Of a stretch of DNA of 64,000 nucleotides, positions 45,117 to 53,477 are shown piece by piece (position 1 is the first letter of the stretch; each line of letters starts with the position of its first letter). The notes beneath the pieces are model-generated. The model made no database searches. It saw only the letters and a list, made by a program, of their open reading frames with translations, and had not been told where the DNA came from. Position numbers and translations under genes: made by a program. The stretch comes from a virus. Taxonomy: Duplodnaviria; Heunggongvirae; Uroviricota; Caudoviricetes. Location: the IMG/VR virus record IMGVR_UViG_3300005544_000021; one strand, given 5' to 3'.

Positions 45117-45365
45117 ATGGAAGTCAAAGAACTGACAGCCAAATGGGAACCAACACGGGCGAGGTATACCTTTAATCTAGGCAACCGAGCCTTCCACGCT
45201 AAACTAGATCACAAGATAACCCTGATTTGCGGAACCCGCAAGTTTCAGGGTATCATTCCATTTAAGGCTATGGATCATTTGGCGGGTCCATATATTCACA
45301 TCAGATCAAAGAACACAGGGGAACCAACGGGACAGTTTGCAAAGTACTTTCGGGAAATCACTTAG
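45117..45365 (+). CDS. small protein, tRNA-island paralog A
   Basis: GIIPFKAMDHLAGPYIHIRSKNTGEPTGQFAKYF shared with 45975..46271. Confidence 0.35.
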   Translation: MEVKELTAKWEPTRARYTFNLGNRAFHAKLDHKITLICGTRKFQGIIPFKAMDHLAGPYIHIRSKNTGEPTGQFAKYFREIT

Positions 45366-45438
45366 TCCTGTAGCTCAACGGTAGAGCCGTGTCCTCATAA
45401 GACATTGGTTGTAGGTTCGAATCCTACCAGGACTACCA
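45364..45438 (+). tRNA. tRNA-Met (anticodon CAT)
   Basis: Perfect acceptor stem AGTCCTG/CAGGACT, D-arm GCTC-AACGGTA-GAGC, anticodon loop CTCATAA, T-arm GTAGG-TTCGAAT-CCTAC, encoded CCA. Confidence 0.8.
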
Positions 45439-45463
45439 ATCTTAGAAGAGAAAGGAACAAAAA

Positions 45464-45877
45464 ATGAAGCGGCGGGAGTTCCTAACATCTTTGGCTGGAG
45501 TCAGTGCATTTATGATTGGGAGTAATTACTTGGCTCCCGCTAAAGCATCCTTAAACACGGCTAGTGCCAAAGTAACACCTTATGCTTGGAACAGTCTTGT
45601 TTCAGAAATCAAGGAAGCTTTGTCGGATGCAGTAGAATATTACATTAAAGAAGAACAATTTAATATGTCATCACAAGAATTTCGGAAAATGGTGTTTTTG
45701 TGGTTAGAATCTGAGTTAACTTCCACAAATAATGTGGCCGCACATTTGTGTTCGGGTTGGCAGTTAATGTTTGAGAAGGAAGATAATTCTAGCATGACCA
45801 TTAATCTTTCCTTGTGCAGAAAACAAAACTATACCTGGACTAAGATTAAAATAGAAACAGGAATAGCCTGGACTTAA
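45464..45877 (+). CDS. Tat-signal (twin-arginine) exported protein
   Basis: MKRREFLTSLAGVSAFMIGSNYLAPAKA has RRxFL consensus, hydrophobic core, AxA. Confidence 0.45.
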   Translation: MKRREFLTSLAGVSAFMIGSNYLAPAKASLNTASAKVTPYAWNSLVSEIKEALSDAVEYYIKEEQFNMSSQEFRKMVFLWLESELTSTNNVAAHLCSGWQLMFEKEDNSSMTINLSLCRKQNYTWTKIKIETGIAWT

Positions 45878-45878
45878 C

Positions 45879-45955
45879 CCCGATTTAGTGTTAGTGGTTT
45901 AGCACGTTTGGTTGTGGACCAGGAAGGCCAAGTTCGAATCTTGGGATCGGGACCA
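45879..45955 (+). tRNA. tRNA-His (anticodon GTG)
   Basis: Acceptor CCCGATT/GATCGGG, D-arm GTGT/GCAC, anticodon loop TTGTGGA, T-arm CCAAG-TTCGAAT-CTTGG, encoded CCA. Confidence 0.6.
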
Positions 45956-45974
45956 ATAAAAAAGGGGAGCAGAG

Positions 45975-46271
45975 ATGATGGCCGCATATCGTCGGAAAGA
46001 ATTCAAAGTGGTTGTGCGGAACAAAGAATACATTATGGTAGCTAATCCAAGATTTGGCTATCAACATTTTTTCAATAGGAAATATGGAGAAGATCGGGAT
46101 TTTACGTTAGTGGCCCCTCACACGGGACGCCGCTGGCGTGGAGTTATTCCCTACAAAATTCTTGATGAAAATGTACAAGGAGAATATCTACGCATTAGAA
46201 TGAATCCAGATGGGAGTCCAACTGGAAAGTACGCCAAATATTTTTCAGAGCAACTTGCCGGAGAAATATAA
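45975..46271 (+). CDS. small protein, tRNA-island paralog B
   Basis: GVIPYKILDENVQGEYLRIRMNPDGSPTGKYAKYF. Confidence 0.35.
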   Translation: MMAAYRRKEFKVVVRNKEYIMVANPRFGYQHFFNRKYGEDRDFTLVAPHTGRRWRGVIPYKILDENVQGEYLRIRMNPDGSPTGKYAKYFSEQLAGEI

Positions 46272-46272
46272 G

Positions 46273-46566
46273 ATGTGTCACATCCCCCGACCACTCAAAT
46301 CAAAAATGATCATAAAACACACCACAACACCATTGCGGCTAAAATACAAGATTATTATACCTCCAAATTATCATTATACTTGGCGTGGACGACCTATTGA
46401 AATTACATTGATACATTTGGAAAAAAATTGGGTTGGGGTGTTACCGTATTCCAAATGGGCCAATCATAAAACAATACATATTGCCTGCAATGAAAACGGG
46501 GAGCCTCAAAAATTTATCAGATATGTAGGCTATATTCCTCATCCTCTGTTTAAAAAGGTGGGGTGA
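46273..46566 (+). CDS. small protein, tRNA-island paralog C (divergent)
   Basis: Start at ATG 46273 right after the previous stop; GVLPYSKWANHKTIHIACNENGEPQKFIRY. Confidence 0.3.
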   Translation: MCHIPRPLKSKMIIKHTTTPLRLKYKIIIPPNYHYTWRGRPIEITLIHLEKNWVGVLPYSKWANHKTIHIACNENGEPQKFIRYVGYIPHPLFKKVG

Positions 46567-46718
46567 TGAAAGAACTTCCAAGTAATGCCTTTGATTATGT
46601 TATTGCCGTTGATCGTGTTGTAGAGAAGTGGAAAGCGGGAACAATTTCAGCTCAGGAAGCTATGATAGAAATTCATCAGTTAATGGGGTATGCCAAGTGG
46701 ATGTTAGGAATGTATTAA
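46566..46718 (+). CDS. 50-aa hypothetical protein
   Basis: ATGA overlap with previous stop; MKELPSNAFDYVIAVDRVVEKWKAGTISAQEAM... Confidence 0.25.
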   Translation: MKELPSNAFDYVIAVDRVVEKWKAGTISAQEAMIEIHQLMGYAKWMLGMY

Positions 46719-46724
46719 CTCTAT

Positions 46725-46752
46725 TTGCACTACATTACGTAATGTAGTGCAA
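46725..46752. terminator. bidirectional terminator, perfect 28-nt palindrome
   Basis: TTGCACTACATTACGTAATGTAGTGCAA between convergent plus and minus gene blocks. Confidence 0.5.
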
Positions 46753-46755
46753 GGA

Positions 46756-48315
46756 TTAACGCCATTGAATTTTAACTCTTCCCCCTTGCCCGACTGCTAT
46801 TGGGTCTTGACTATGTTGGGTTGCTGCCCCTCCAAGTCCAGCCGTTAATGTCATGGTTGATCCAATTGTTATTTGAGTATTGCTGGTAAATATTTTTTTG
46901 GCATAAGCCCCGCCGCCTCCCCCGCCGCCAAAACTTCCATTATTCCAAATCGGATTTCCTCCTCCTCCTGTTCCTGGAGAACTGTCAAGAAAAATTGTCG
47001 TATCGTCAAGAAATGGTGGGGGATTTGGAACGGGGGTTAATAGACGCCAATAACCTCCTCCCCCAACCAAATTATTTGCTGAGTTTTGAATCCCGCTTGC
47101 CCCTCCAATATCTAAGTATCCATTTGCCCCATTAAAATTGATATCTCCTCCCGAAGCAATTCCCCCATCTCCCGGAGCATTAGCATGTCCCCCCTTACCC
47201 CCTCCCGCAGTAATTGTAGTATTACCACATACAAAAGATGATTGCTGACCATTTGCTCCTGCATCAGGGTTCCAAGCCCCTTGTCCCCCTCCCCCCCAGA
47301 CTTCTACAATAAATGTATGGGCAAACCATGGAACTTGATAAGAAATAACTTGAGCAAATTGTACTCCATCTATTTGATAATAACGATAAAAATCTGGAGT
47401 ATTAACTCCAATACTTACATTCGCAACATTTAGATAATTTGGCCAACCAGCCTTAATAACTGCAATATCTCCAACTGGAAGACTTGTTCCCGTAAACGTT
47501 ACATTGGCAAGGGAATTTACGGATAGAACTTTATGACTCAAATAACCAAGATTGGTATCAAGAGAAATTTTTGTCTGGGCGGATGGATAAATTAAGTTAT
47601 TTGAATATGTAACTTTGGCTACAATATTAATGACTGCATCTATATCCCCAGTATTACTTGCCGTAAGATTAATAGAAGGGAGATAAGTGACAAAGGTATT
47701 TTGAACATTTGAAGTTGGAGTTAAGGTTTTGTTTGAATAATAGCCATAATTTGAATTATAATGAAATACTACGGCTGAGTTTGTTAATCCAGAATTATCT
47801 AATCCAACAGCTACTTGAACCAGAGGAGTATAATTGAAATCTACCACGGGAGTTGCGGCCAAAGACTTATCAAGAATAAATTTGTTGGGGATACTAAGAA
47901 AGCCCTCTTCGGTACTTAAAATTTCCCAGAACTGTAATCCTTTAACTCCATCTGTATCAAAACTTGCATTAGCAGAAAATTGATAGTAGGCACTTTCCCG
48001 AAGGAAGAAAAGAGAGGTAGCATTTACTCCCCCGATTTGAGACCCCTTAAACGTTTTTACATTTAGAAGGGTATTCACGGTGTTTGAGAGAAAAACTGTG
48101 TTTGTCAGGTTCGCAATATTGAGAAAATCTGAGGCTTCCTGATCAGAAAAAATATCACTATGATCATCCAGGGCATAAAAGTTTTCATATAAAGCATCTT
48201 CTATATCTTGGGAAACTTTGAAAAAACTGAGAACATAAATTTTGCCTGAACTTTCGTCGGTATAAAACCAGGGCAAAACTTTATAAGGAATAGTGTTGGC
48301 AAGAAAATAAGACAT
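46756..48315 (-). CDS. tail-fibre/baseplate-associated structural protein with Gly-rich C-terminal domain
   Basis: 519 aa; N-terminal S/T/N-rich beta-type sequence; C-terminal runs GGGGQGAWNPDAGANG...GGGGNPIWNNGSFGGGGGGGAY typical of phage glycine-rich fibre domains. Confidence 0.45.
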   Translation of the reverse strand: MSYFLANTIPYKVLPWFYTDESSGKIYVLSFFKVSQDIEDALYENFYALDDHSDIFSDQEASDFLNIANLTNTVFLSNTVNTLLNVKTFKGSQIGGVNATSLFFLRESAYYQFSANASFDTDGVKGLQFWEILSTEEGFLSIPNKFILDKSLAATPVVDFNYTPLVQVAVGLDNSGLTNSAVVFHYNSNYGYYSNKTLTPTSNVQNTFVTYLPSINLTASNTGDIDAVINIVAKVTYSNNLIYPSAQTKISLDTNLGYLSHKVLSVNSLANVTFTGTSLPVGDIAVIKAGWPNYLNVANVSIGVNTPDFYRYYQIDGVQFAQVISYQVPWFAHTFIVEVWGGGGQGAWNPDAGANGQQSSFVCGNTTITAGGGKGGHANAPGDGGIASGGDINFNGANGYLDIGGASGIQNSANNLVGGGGYWRLLTPVPNPPPFLDDTTIFLDSSPGTGGGGNPIWNNGSFGGGGGGGAYAKKIFTSNTQITIGSTMTLTAGLGGAATQHSQDPIAVGQGGRVKIQWR

Positions 48316-48842
48316 TATAGACTATCAGCTTTGATTGTGTAGTTTGTATACTTGAACACAGATGAACATGTAATATAGTTTACATCATTGTCCGTGGAAC
48401 CCATTTGAAATTCTGATAAGCTGATTGGGAAAGCATCTTTTATAATACATTCTAGAAACGGATTATGTGAGGAATCAAGGATCAAGACTGAGATATCAGA
48501 TTTTAATCCCGTACCTGTCCAAAGAGGTTCATTTTCCAGGGATGCATATTGATCCCAATCTTCGGGAAATCCAAGTTTCATTAGCCAAGTATAAATCTCT
48601 TTCCAGTTTTGCATTTTTTCATCAACCTTAAATGTCACGGAAAGTTCCTCAAATGTAACTATATCTCCTGAATATGGAATCGTGGAAAATGGGTTTGGAA
48701 AATTTGCGGGGGGTATTGATACTCCCGGAATATTAATTCTCTGGGTGAAAAAATTAACCGAAGGTAGGTTGAGAATTTTGAATTTGTAATTTAATGGGGA
48801 GAGAAAATTCAAAGTCTCAGGTACTTGGCTTATTGCCGACAT
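48315..48842 (-). CDS. hypothetical virion structural protein
   Basis: ORF-track start is a TTG; probable ATG at 48842 with AAGGA RBS; adjacent to the fibre gene. Confidence 0.3.
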   Translation of the reverse strand: MSAISQVPETLNFLSPLNYKFKILNLPSVNFFTQRINIPGVSIPPANFPNPFSTIPYSGDIVTFEELSVTFKVDEKMQNWKEIYTWLMKLGFPEDWDQYASLENEPLWTGTGLKSDISVLILDSSHNPFLECIIKDAFPISLSEFQMGSTDNDVNYITCSSVFKYTNYTIKADSL

Positions 48843-48881
48843 ATAAATCCTTCTTGACAAGAAATTGATGGGAAGCTAAGG

Positions 48882-48889
48882 TATTTATG
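48882..48889 (-). promoter_or_regulatory. late-promoter-like motif CATAAATA (T4 late consensus TATAAATA)
   Basis: Minus strand, about 40 nt upstream of the structural gene ATG at 48842. Confidence 0.25.
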
Positions 48890-48917
48890 CTGAACCCCTT
48901 AAAAGGAGGAATGTCAA

Positions 48918-49283
48918 ATGAACCTTGTTGAGGCTTTGCAAAAAGCAAAAGCTTTTATTGCCAACGAAAACAATTGGTTGCAAGGGGATAGATATGGAGA
49001 TAGTAGAGATGGTAAAGGTAAAGGTTTTTGTGCCCTAGGAGCCCTAGATAAAGCGTTGTATAACGGAACCAATATACGAAGTGATGTGTATGCTATTCTA
49101 GCCAAAACAGCAAAGTTAACTTCCGAAAGTCCAAAAGACCCCTATAATAGTGATTACAGGGGTTATGATTTATATGATAATGAAAGCAGAATTGCTCATT
49201 ATAATAATATTTCCGATCATCAAACAGTGATGAAATGGTTTGATGAAGCAATTAAGGATGCTGAAAGGTTTGTGTCCGCTTAG
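48918..49283 (+). CDS. ENW-QG / FCALGAL-motif family protein, paralog 1
   Basis: NENNWLQGDRYG...GFCALGALDKA. Confidence 0.35.
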   Translation: MNLVEALQKAKAFIANENNWLQGDRYGDSRDGKGKGFCALGALDKALYNGTNIRSDVYAILAKTAKLTSESPKDPYNSDYRGYDLYDNESRIAHYNNISDHQTVMKWFDEAIKDAERFVSA

Positions 49284-49308
49284 GGCAATTTTCTCATGGA
49301 GAAACAGT

Positions 49309-49668
49309 ATGTCTGATCGTAAAATCAGTGCGGTAACAAAACATCTCATGCTAACTCGTGAGATTTTGGCAAAGCCTGAACATTGGTGTAAGGGTTGGTT
49401 TATTCTTGATAAGAACGGTGGATATCTTTATTATGTTGATGATGTTGAAGCTTATTCGTTTTGTTTAGCGGGGGCCTTGAGAAAGGCTTCTTGGAGTTTT
49501 CCCGCTGACCCCATGAACGATGGGGTTCTGGATCAATACTTTAAAACTCTGAAGATATTGAATAATATGTTTCCAACGCTTAATATCGCTGAATTTAATG
49601 ATCACCGAAACACAACTCACGCCAAGATTTTACAATTTTTAGATGAGGCAATTGCAGCTTCTATGTAA
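49309..49668 (+). CDS. MSDRKIS-family protein, paralog 2
   Basis: Start at ATG 49309 with GGAGAAACAGT RBS; MSDRKISAVTKHLMLTREILAKPEHWCKGWF...SFCLAGALRKA...FNDHRNTTHAKILQFLDEAI. Confidence 0.35.
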   Translation: MSDRKISAVTKHLMLTREILAKPEHWCKGWFILDKNGGYLYYVDDVEAYSFCLAGALRKASWSFPADPMNDGVLDQYFKTLKILNNMFPTLNIAEFNDHRNTTHAKILQFLDEAIAASM

Positions 49669-49683
49669 CCGGGAGGAATCACC

Positions 49684-49911
49684 ATGGCAAAGTATCAGGT
49701 TAAGATAACTCGGGATATTTCGGCTCAACAAACTCGGGTAATCTATATCCAGGCTGATAGTCATGAGCAGGCCACAAATATGCTCAATGACATGGATTTA
49801 GAAAATGAGGAAGAAAATTATCCCGGAACCGAATGGAAAACAGACTCGGAGTCCATTGAGGCGGTCTCCGAGCCTGAGGTTAACGGACAGCTTGAACGTT
49901 ATAGACCCTGA
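49684..49911 (+). CDS. hypothetical acidic protein
   Basis: ORF track 75 aa. Confidence 0.3.
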   Translation: MAKYQVKITRDISAQQTRVIYIQADSHEQATNMLNDMDLENEEENYPGTEWKTDSESIEAVSEPEVNGQLERYRP

Positions 49912-50519
49912 TTCATCTTCAACCCTGCATCCCGAGCCGCATTTAGTTCGGCGGCATTATTATCGTGTCCCCCAATATCGGGATGTAGGGACTTCATTTT
50001 GGTTCGCCATGCATCTTTGATGGTATCCTCGCTGGCGAATTCGTTTACCCCCAGGACATGCCACCATTGTTTTGGGGCAGGTAGGGCTTGCAATTCCAGC
50101 CCGCTAAAGGCTCGTTCCATGGCTTCTGAGCAACCCCAATAGTCTATTTTGTAGAGCCCCATTACCGTGGCGGTTAAAGCTTTCAGATTGTCTCGGGGGC
50201 GATTCCACTTATCGCATGCGAGAATGATTTCCTTGTCCTTTCGCACAAAGGATACCGCCACCCCCGGAGAATCTATTCCCTGACCACTCCAGTAATAGAC
50301 ATCCTTGGCCTTGCCTTCCAGGTTTGGATCATCGGCCTTTAGGTTAGTGGATATGATTAGGCCAAAGTGTGGGGTTCGGGTTAGGCTTAGTAGAGTACGC
50401 CGCATTTCCTGTTGAGCCATTTTCCAGGTGCCCTGAAACTTTCCCTTGCGGCGGACAGCGTCAGGCGTGCGTTTCCAGCCCTTGGGCCAATCCAAGGGAT
50501 ACTCTCGGATGCGTTCCAT
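49899..50519 (-). CDS. J-domain (DnaJ-like) protein with N-terminal domain of unknown function
   Basis: C-terminal WWHVLGVNEFASEDTIKDAWRTKMKSLHPDIGG carries the HPD tripeptide; probable start at ATG 50519 (AGGAGAA RBS); GC-richer than the phage backbone. Confidence 0.55.
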   Translation of the reverse strand: MERIREYPLDWPKGWKRTPDAVRRKGKFQGTWKMAQQEMRRTLLSLTRTPHFGLIISTNLKADDPNLEGKAKDVYYWSGQGIDSPGVAVSFVRKDKEIILACDKWNRPRDNLKALTATVMGLYKIDYWGCSEAMERAFSGLELQALPAPKQWWHVLGVNEFASEDTIKDAWRTKMKSLHPDIGGHDNNAAELNAARDAGLKMNQGL

Positions 50520-50529
50520 TTGCGTTCTC

Positions 50530-50787
50530 CTAATGTTTGGTTCTGGTTGGAAAGGCGGTATTGAAAAGAATAACATTTTTTCGGAAATTGTTTATGAATT
50601 CCGCATATTCTTCGGGGGTAAATATTTTCTCGGCTTCAATTTCTGCTAGGGAATTGATTTCTTGGTCTGTTACCTCTACATGGGTATCATATAGATGAGT
50701 GTTGAAAAACTTATTCGCTTCCTCTGCTGTATTGAATGGCCCAATACAATGCGGAGGTTGATAATCATCAACCCAAAAGATCAGCAT
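50530..50787 (-). CDS. hypothetical protein
   Basis: ORF track 85 aa. Confidence 0.3.
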   Translation of the reverse strand: MLIFWVDDYQPPHCIGPFNTAEEANKFFNTHLYDTHVEVTDQEINSLAEIEAEKIFTPEEYAEFINNFRKNVILFNTAFPTRTKH

Positions 50788-50938
50788 TGGAGTTCTCCTT
50801 CTGTTCCTCTTTGTTCATGTTGAACATCTTGCATGATAATCATCATACGTTCAAAGTCAAGTAACATAAACGTGATTGGACATGTTTAACGTCCGTATGC
50901 TAGGCTGATATGAAGTGAGGCAAAGGTGGAGGAAAGTT

Positions 50939-51142
50939 ATGTCAAAAGATAATCTAACACCCGAGCAAGAAGAAGCTGTTGAATTTCTATTATCTGATGG
51001 CATGACTGCCGAGGAAATTATTTTAGGTATTGCGTTTGCGAAATTTGGAATTGAAACTCAAGAACAACTTAATGAAATCTGGAATAGGTATGATGGAGAT
51101 TATGAAGCCATTTTGACTTTCTTGAACAAGAAGCAAAATTAA
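50939..51142 (+). CDS. small acidic hypothetical protein
   Basis: ATG at 50939 preceded by GGTGGAGGAAAG; the ORF-track GTG start at 50915 is less likely. Confidence 0.3.
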   Translation: MSKDNLTPEQEEAVEFLLSDGMTAEEIILGIAFAKFGIETQEQLNEIWNRYDGDYEAILTFLNKKQN

Positions 51143-51143
51143 C

Positions 51144-52232
51144 ATGGCTAAATCTCCAACTCTTCTAGACGATCTTTATCAGAACACCTTCAAGGTGGAT
51201 CGTCTGAAATATTTGCGGCCGTTGATCTTATCGGCTCGCAAATTCGTCCTGGATACGGAGATGTCTTCGTTCTTGGCTGATTTAGCTATTCAGGGTTTCA
51301 AAGGCACAAAATCATCTTCTTATGTATATCCAGCAGGATCACCTGTTGCAGATATAGAAACAATAGTAGATTTGGCATTTGAAGAGTCTCGTAAGAGAAC
51401 AGAAAAATCTCGTCTGGGTTTGATTGAGAATATGCGGCACTCGGCCAGACTTCCGTTTCCTGTTACCTGGATTGAGTTTGATCATCATGCCTTATTCAAG
51501 AGACGAAAGGAGCTTGCCCCTGAACAAGTAACATCTGAGCCTGAACAAACTTGTAAGAACGAAGGCTGGTTACTTGTTCAACATCCAGGATTGGATACAG
51601 TGTTCCATTCAACCTTGGTGTTTGGGGATATAATAAATCAAGATCGTTATATGCCTGGTTTACCAGCCCCTTATTCTTGGGCATGGTCATGTGATGATGA
51701 AACACATTTACCTTATGCTCCCGTGGCTCAGGTTTCGTCTGAGAATCATTGCAGGATTCCTGTTGGAATTTCAGACTACAATACTCCATTCGTGAAGATT
51801 ATCTATCGTCCGGGATTAGAGAAGAAATATCAAGACCCCCATGAAATTGCGGGGTTTGATCATATGTTTCTGAAAGAGTTTGTTGGTGATTTACGTTATA
51901 CGTGGGCCTTGCTTGCTACCTTGAATGATCTTCCGGTGGAAAACAAGATTGTGGAAACATCCAAGGGATTTTTGGGCCGAGGTAAGTTTCGCAAGTTCCT
52001 CACCCATTCGCTGATTACTCTGAAGGTTCCAACTAAGGAATCTCGGGTAAAACTGGCTCGTAAGTTAATTGCTTTGTCTAGACGGCGTCGCCATGAGGTT
52101 AGGGGACATTTCCGCAAGGATTGGCGTAACCCTCTGGAAAAGATTTGGATACCAGCCCATGAACGGGGGGATGCAACCCTTGGGTTTGTGACACATTCTT
52201 ATAAGGTGGAAAGAAACAAGGAAAACGCTTAA
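51144..52232 (+). CDS. 362-aa protein of unknown function (GC-richer island)
   Basis: No recognisable motif by eye; basic C-terminus RRRRHEVRGHFRKDWRNP...IPAHERGD. Confidence 0.35.
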   Translation: MAKSPTLLDDLYQNTFKVDRLKYLRPLILSARKFVLDTEMSSFLADLAIQGFKGTKSSSYVYPAGSPVADIETIVDLAFEESRKRTEKSRLGLIENMRHSARLPFPVTWIEFDHHALFKRRKELAPEQVTSEPEQTCKNEGWLLVQHPGLDTVFHSTLVFGDIINQDRYMPGLPAPYSWAWSCDDETHLPYAPVAQVSSENHCRIPVGISDYNTPFVKIIYRPGLEKKYQDPHEIAGFDHMFLKEFVGDLRYTWALLATLNDLPVENKIVETSKGFLGRGKFRKFLTHSLITLKVPTKESRVKLARKLIALSRRRRHEVRGHFRKDWRNPLEKIWIPAHERGDATLGFVTHSYKVERNKENA

Positions 52233-52389
52233 TCATCTTTGGAGGATTTCAAATGCGTATTGTAGAAAAATTTAATCATTGCCAACATGTGGCTGATTAT
52301 TACTGGCTGAAATACACGGGTAACAACATAACTTCAACGTATTTTATGTACTTTAGAATCTGGAGAAAATACAATTTAATGGCTGGAAA

Positions 52390-52566
52390 TTAATCGTCGG
52401 AATATACCATAAGTCCGAGCCCGAAACCTATTAGGCTTCCACTTATAACCGATGCTATATAAGGAGCTACAAAGGCATTTGGATACACGGGTAAGAATAA
52501 ACTTGCCAAACCTAAGATAAACATAGCGGTTCCAACACAGATGCAACCGATTCTTAGGTTTGACAT
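52390..52566 (-). CDS. 58-aa two-helix membrane protein
   Basis: MSNLRIGCICVGTAMFILGLASLFLPVYPNAFVAPYIASVISGSLIGFGLGLMVY. Confidence 0.3.
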   Translation of the reverse strand: MSNLRIGCICVGTAMFILGLASLFLPVYPNAFVAPYIASVISGSLIGFGLGLMVYSDD

Positions 52567-52579
52567 TTGGTTTCTCTCT

Positions 52580-52840
52580 TTACCTCAACGCTTTCAGCCG
52601 AGTAGTTAAATCCTGAAAGTTGTGAGGAAATTGATTTGCTGCCTCACTCCAACCAGCAGGTATTGAAACTGCCTCATTATTATCCCTCCAATAACGATAC
52701 CCAATTGAAGTTACCTGTAATCCTTTTGATGTTAAATATTGGGCGATAGCACAATTTCCACAGTTGAACTGGTAGTCTTGGTTTCCTTGTTTTGCCGTCC
52801 ATTCCGCAAAGGCTTCTGTCGTGAAGATATTCTTGGACAT
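52580..52840 (-). CDS. MSKNIF-family small protein, paralog 2
   Basis: See 7543..7818. Confidence 0.4.
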   Translation of the reverse strand: MSKNIFTTEAFAEWTAKQGNQDYQFNCGNCAIAQYLTSKGLQVTSIGYRYWRDNNEAVSIPAGWSEAANQFPHNFQDLTTRLKALR

Positions 52841-52857
52841 TTGGGAAAACTCCTCTC

Positions 52858-53400
52858 TTAGTCTTTGGGGATGCCTAGGAAGAAAATCGTACCACTAACG
52901 TCCCGGAGCTTCAAGATGAAAATCGGATGGTTCTCATCATCGCCTCGCACACTTTGTTCTATCGCCTGAAAATATCCATCATTATAAAACCCGCATGGTA
53001 TATCGCCCCCATGGGCTTTACGCATGCTATCAATTGCCTGTAAAGGACTTTCCCCCTCGTATAACTTTTTGGCAAATGATATTGCAAAAGCTGCGGGATT
53101 ATCCCGACTAACTAAGCTTACCTTACAGACGGCATTCTCATTACCCTTGAAACGCAAACGGGAATATTCCTCACTCACAGGACGGAAATGATAACGATCC
53201 GGAGGCAGTATCTTTTGGGATGGCATAACAATTTCCCGATAAATCGGCCATTTATGCCAAGGCCGAGTTTGCAATTGCCGAGGCGGATGGTATCCAGGGG
53301 GCAATTCAGAAGGGGAAGGACGACGCCCTTGTGTATCTTGGGCCAGAGATGGTAGGCTGAAGCTAAGCAAGGCTAAGGCAAAAGCTGCTGTCTTACGCAT
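52858..53400 (-). CDS. secreted protein of unknown function
   Basis: Probable start at ATG 53400 (GGAGGA RBS); signal peptide MRKTAAFALALLSFSLPSLAQ; Pro-rich N-terminal region. Confidence 0.4.
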   Translation of the reverse strand: MRKTAAFALALLSFSLPSLAQDTQGRRPSPSELPPGYHPPRQLQTRPWHKWPIYREIVMPSQKILPPDRYHFRPVSEEYSRLRFKGNENAVCKVSLVSRDNPAAFAISFAKKLYEGESPLQAIDSMRKAHGGDIPCGFYNDGYFQAIEQSVRGDDENHPIFILKLRDVSGTIFFLGIPKD

Positions 53401-53477
53401 GGCATCCTCCATTGGTTCCCTTGTAGGGACAACATCCCAGTCAAGCTTACGATTGTGTCAAAACAAAGGAGAGAAAA

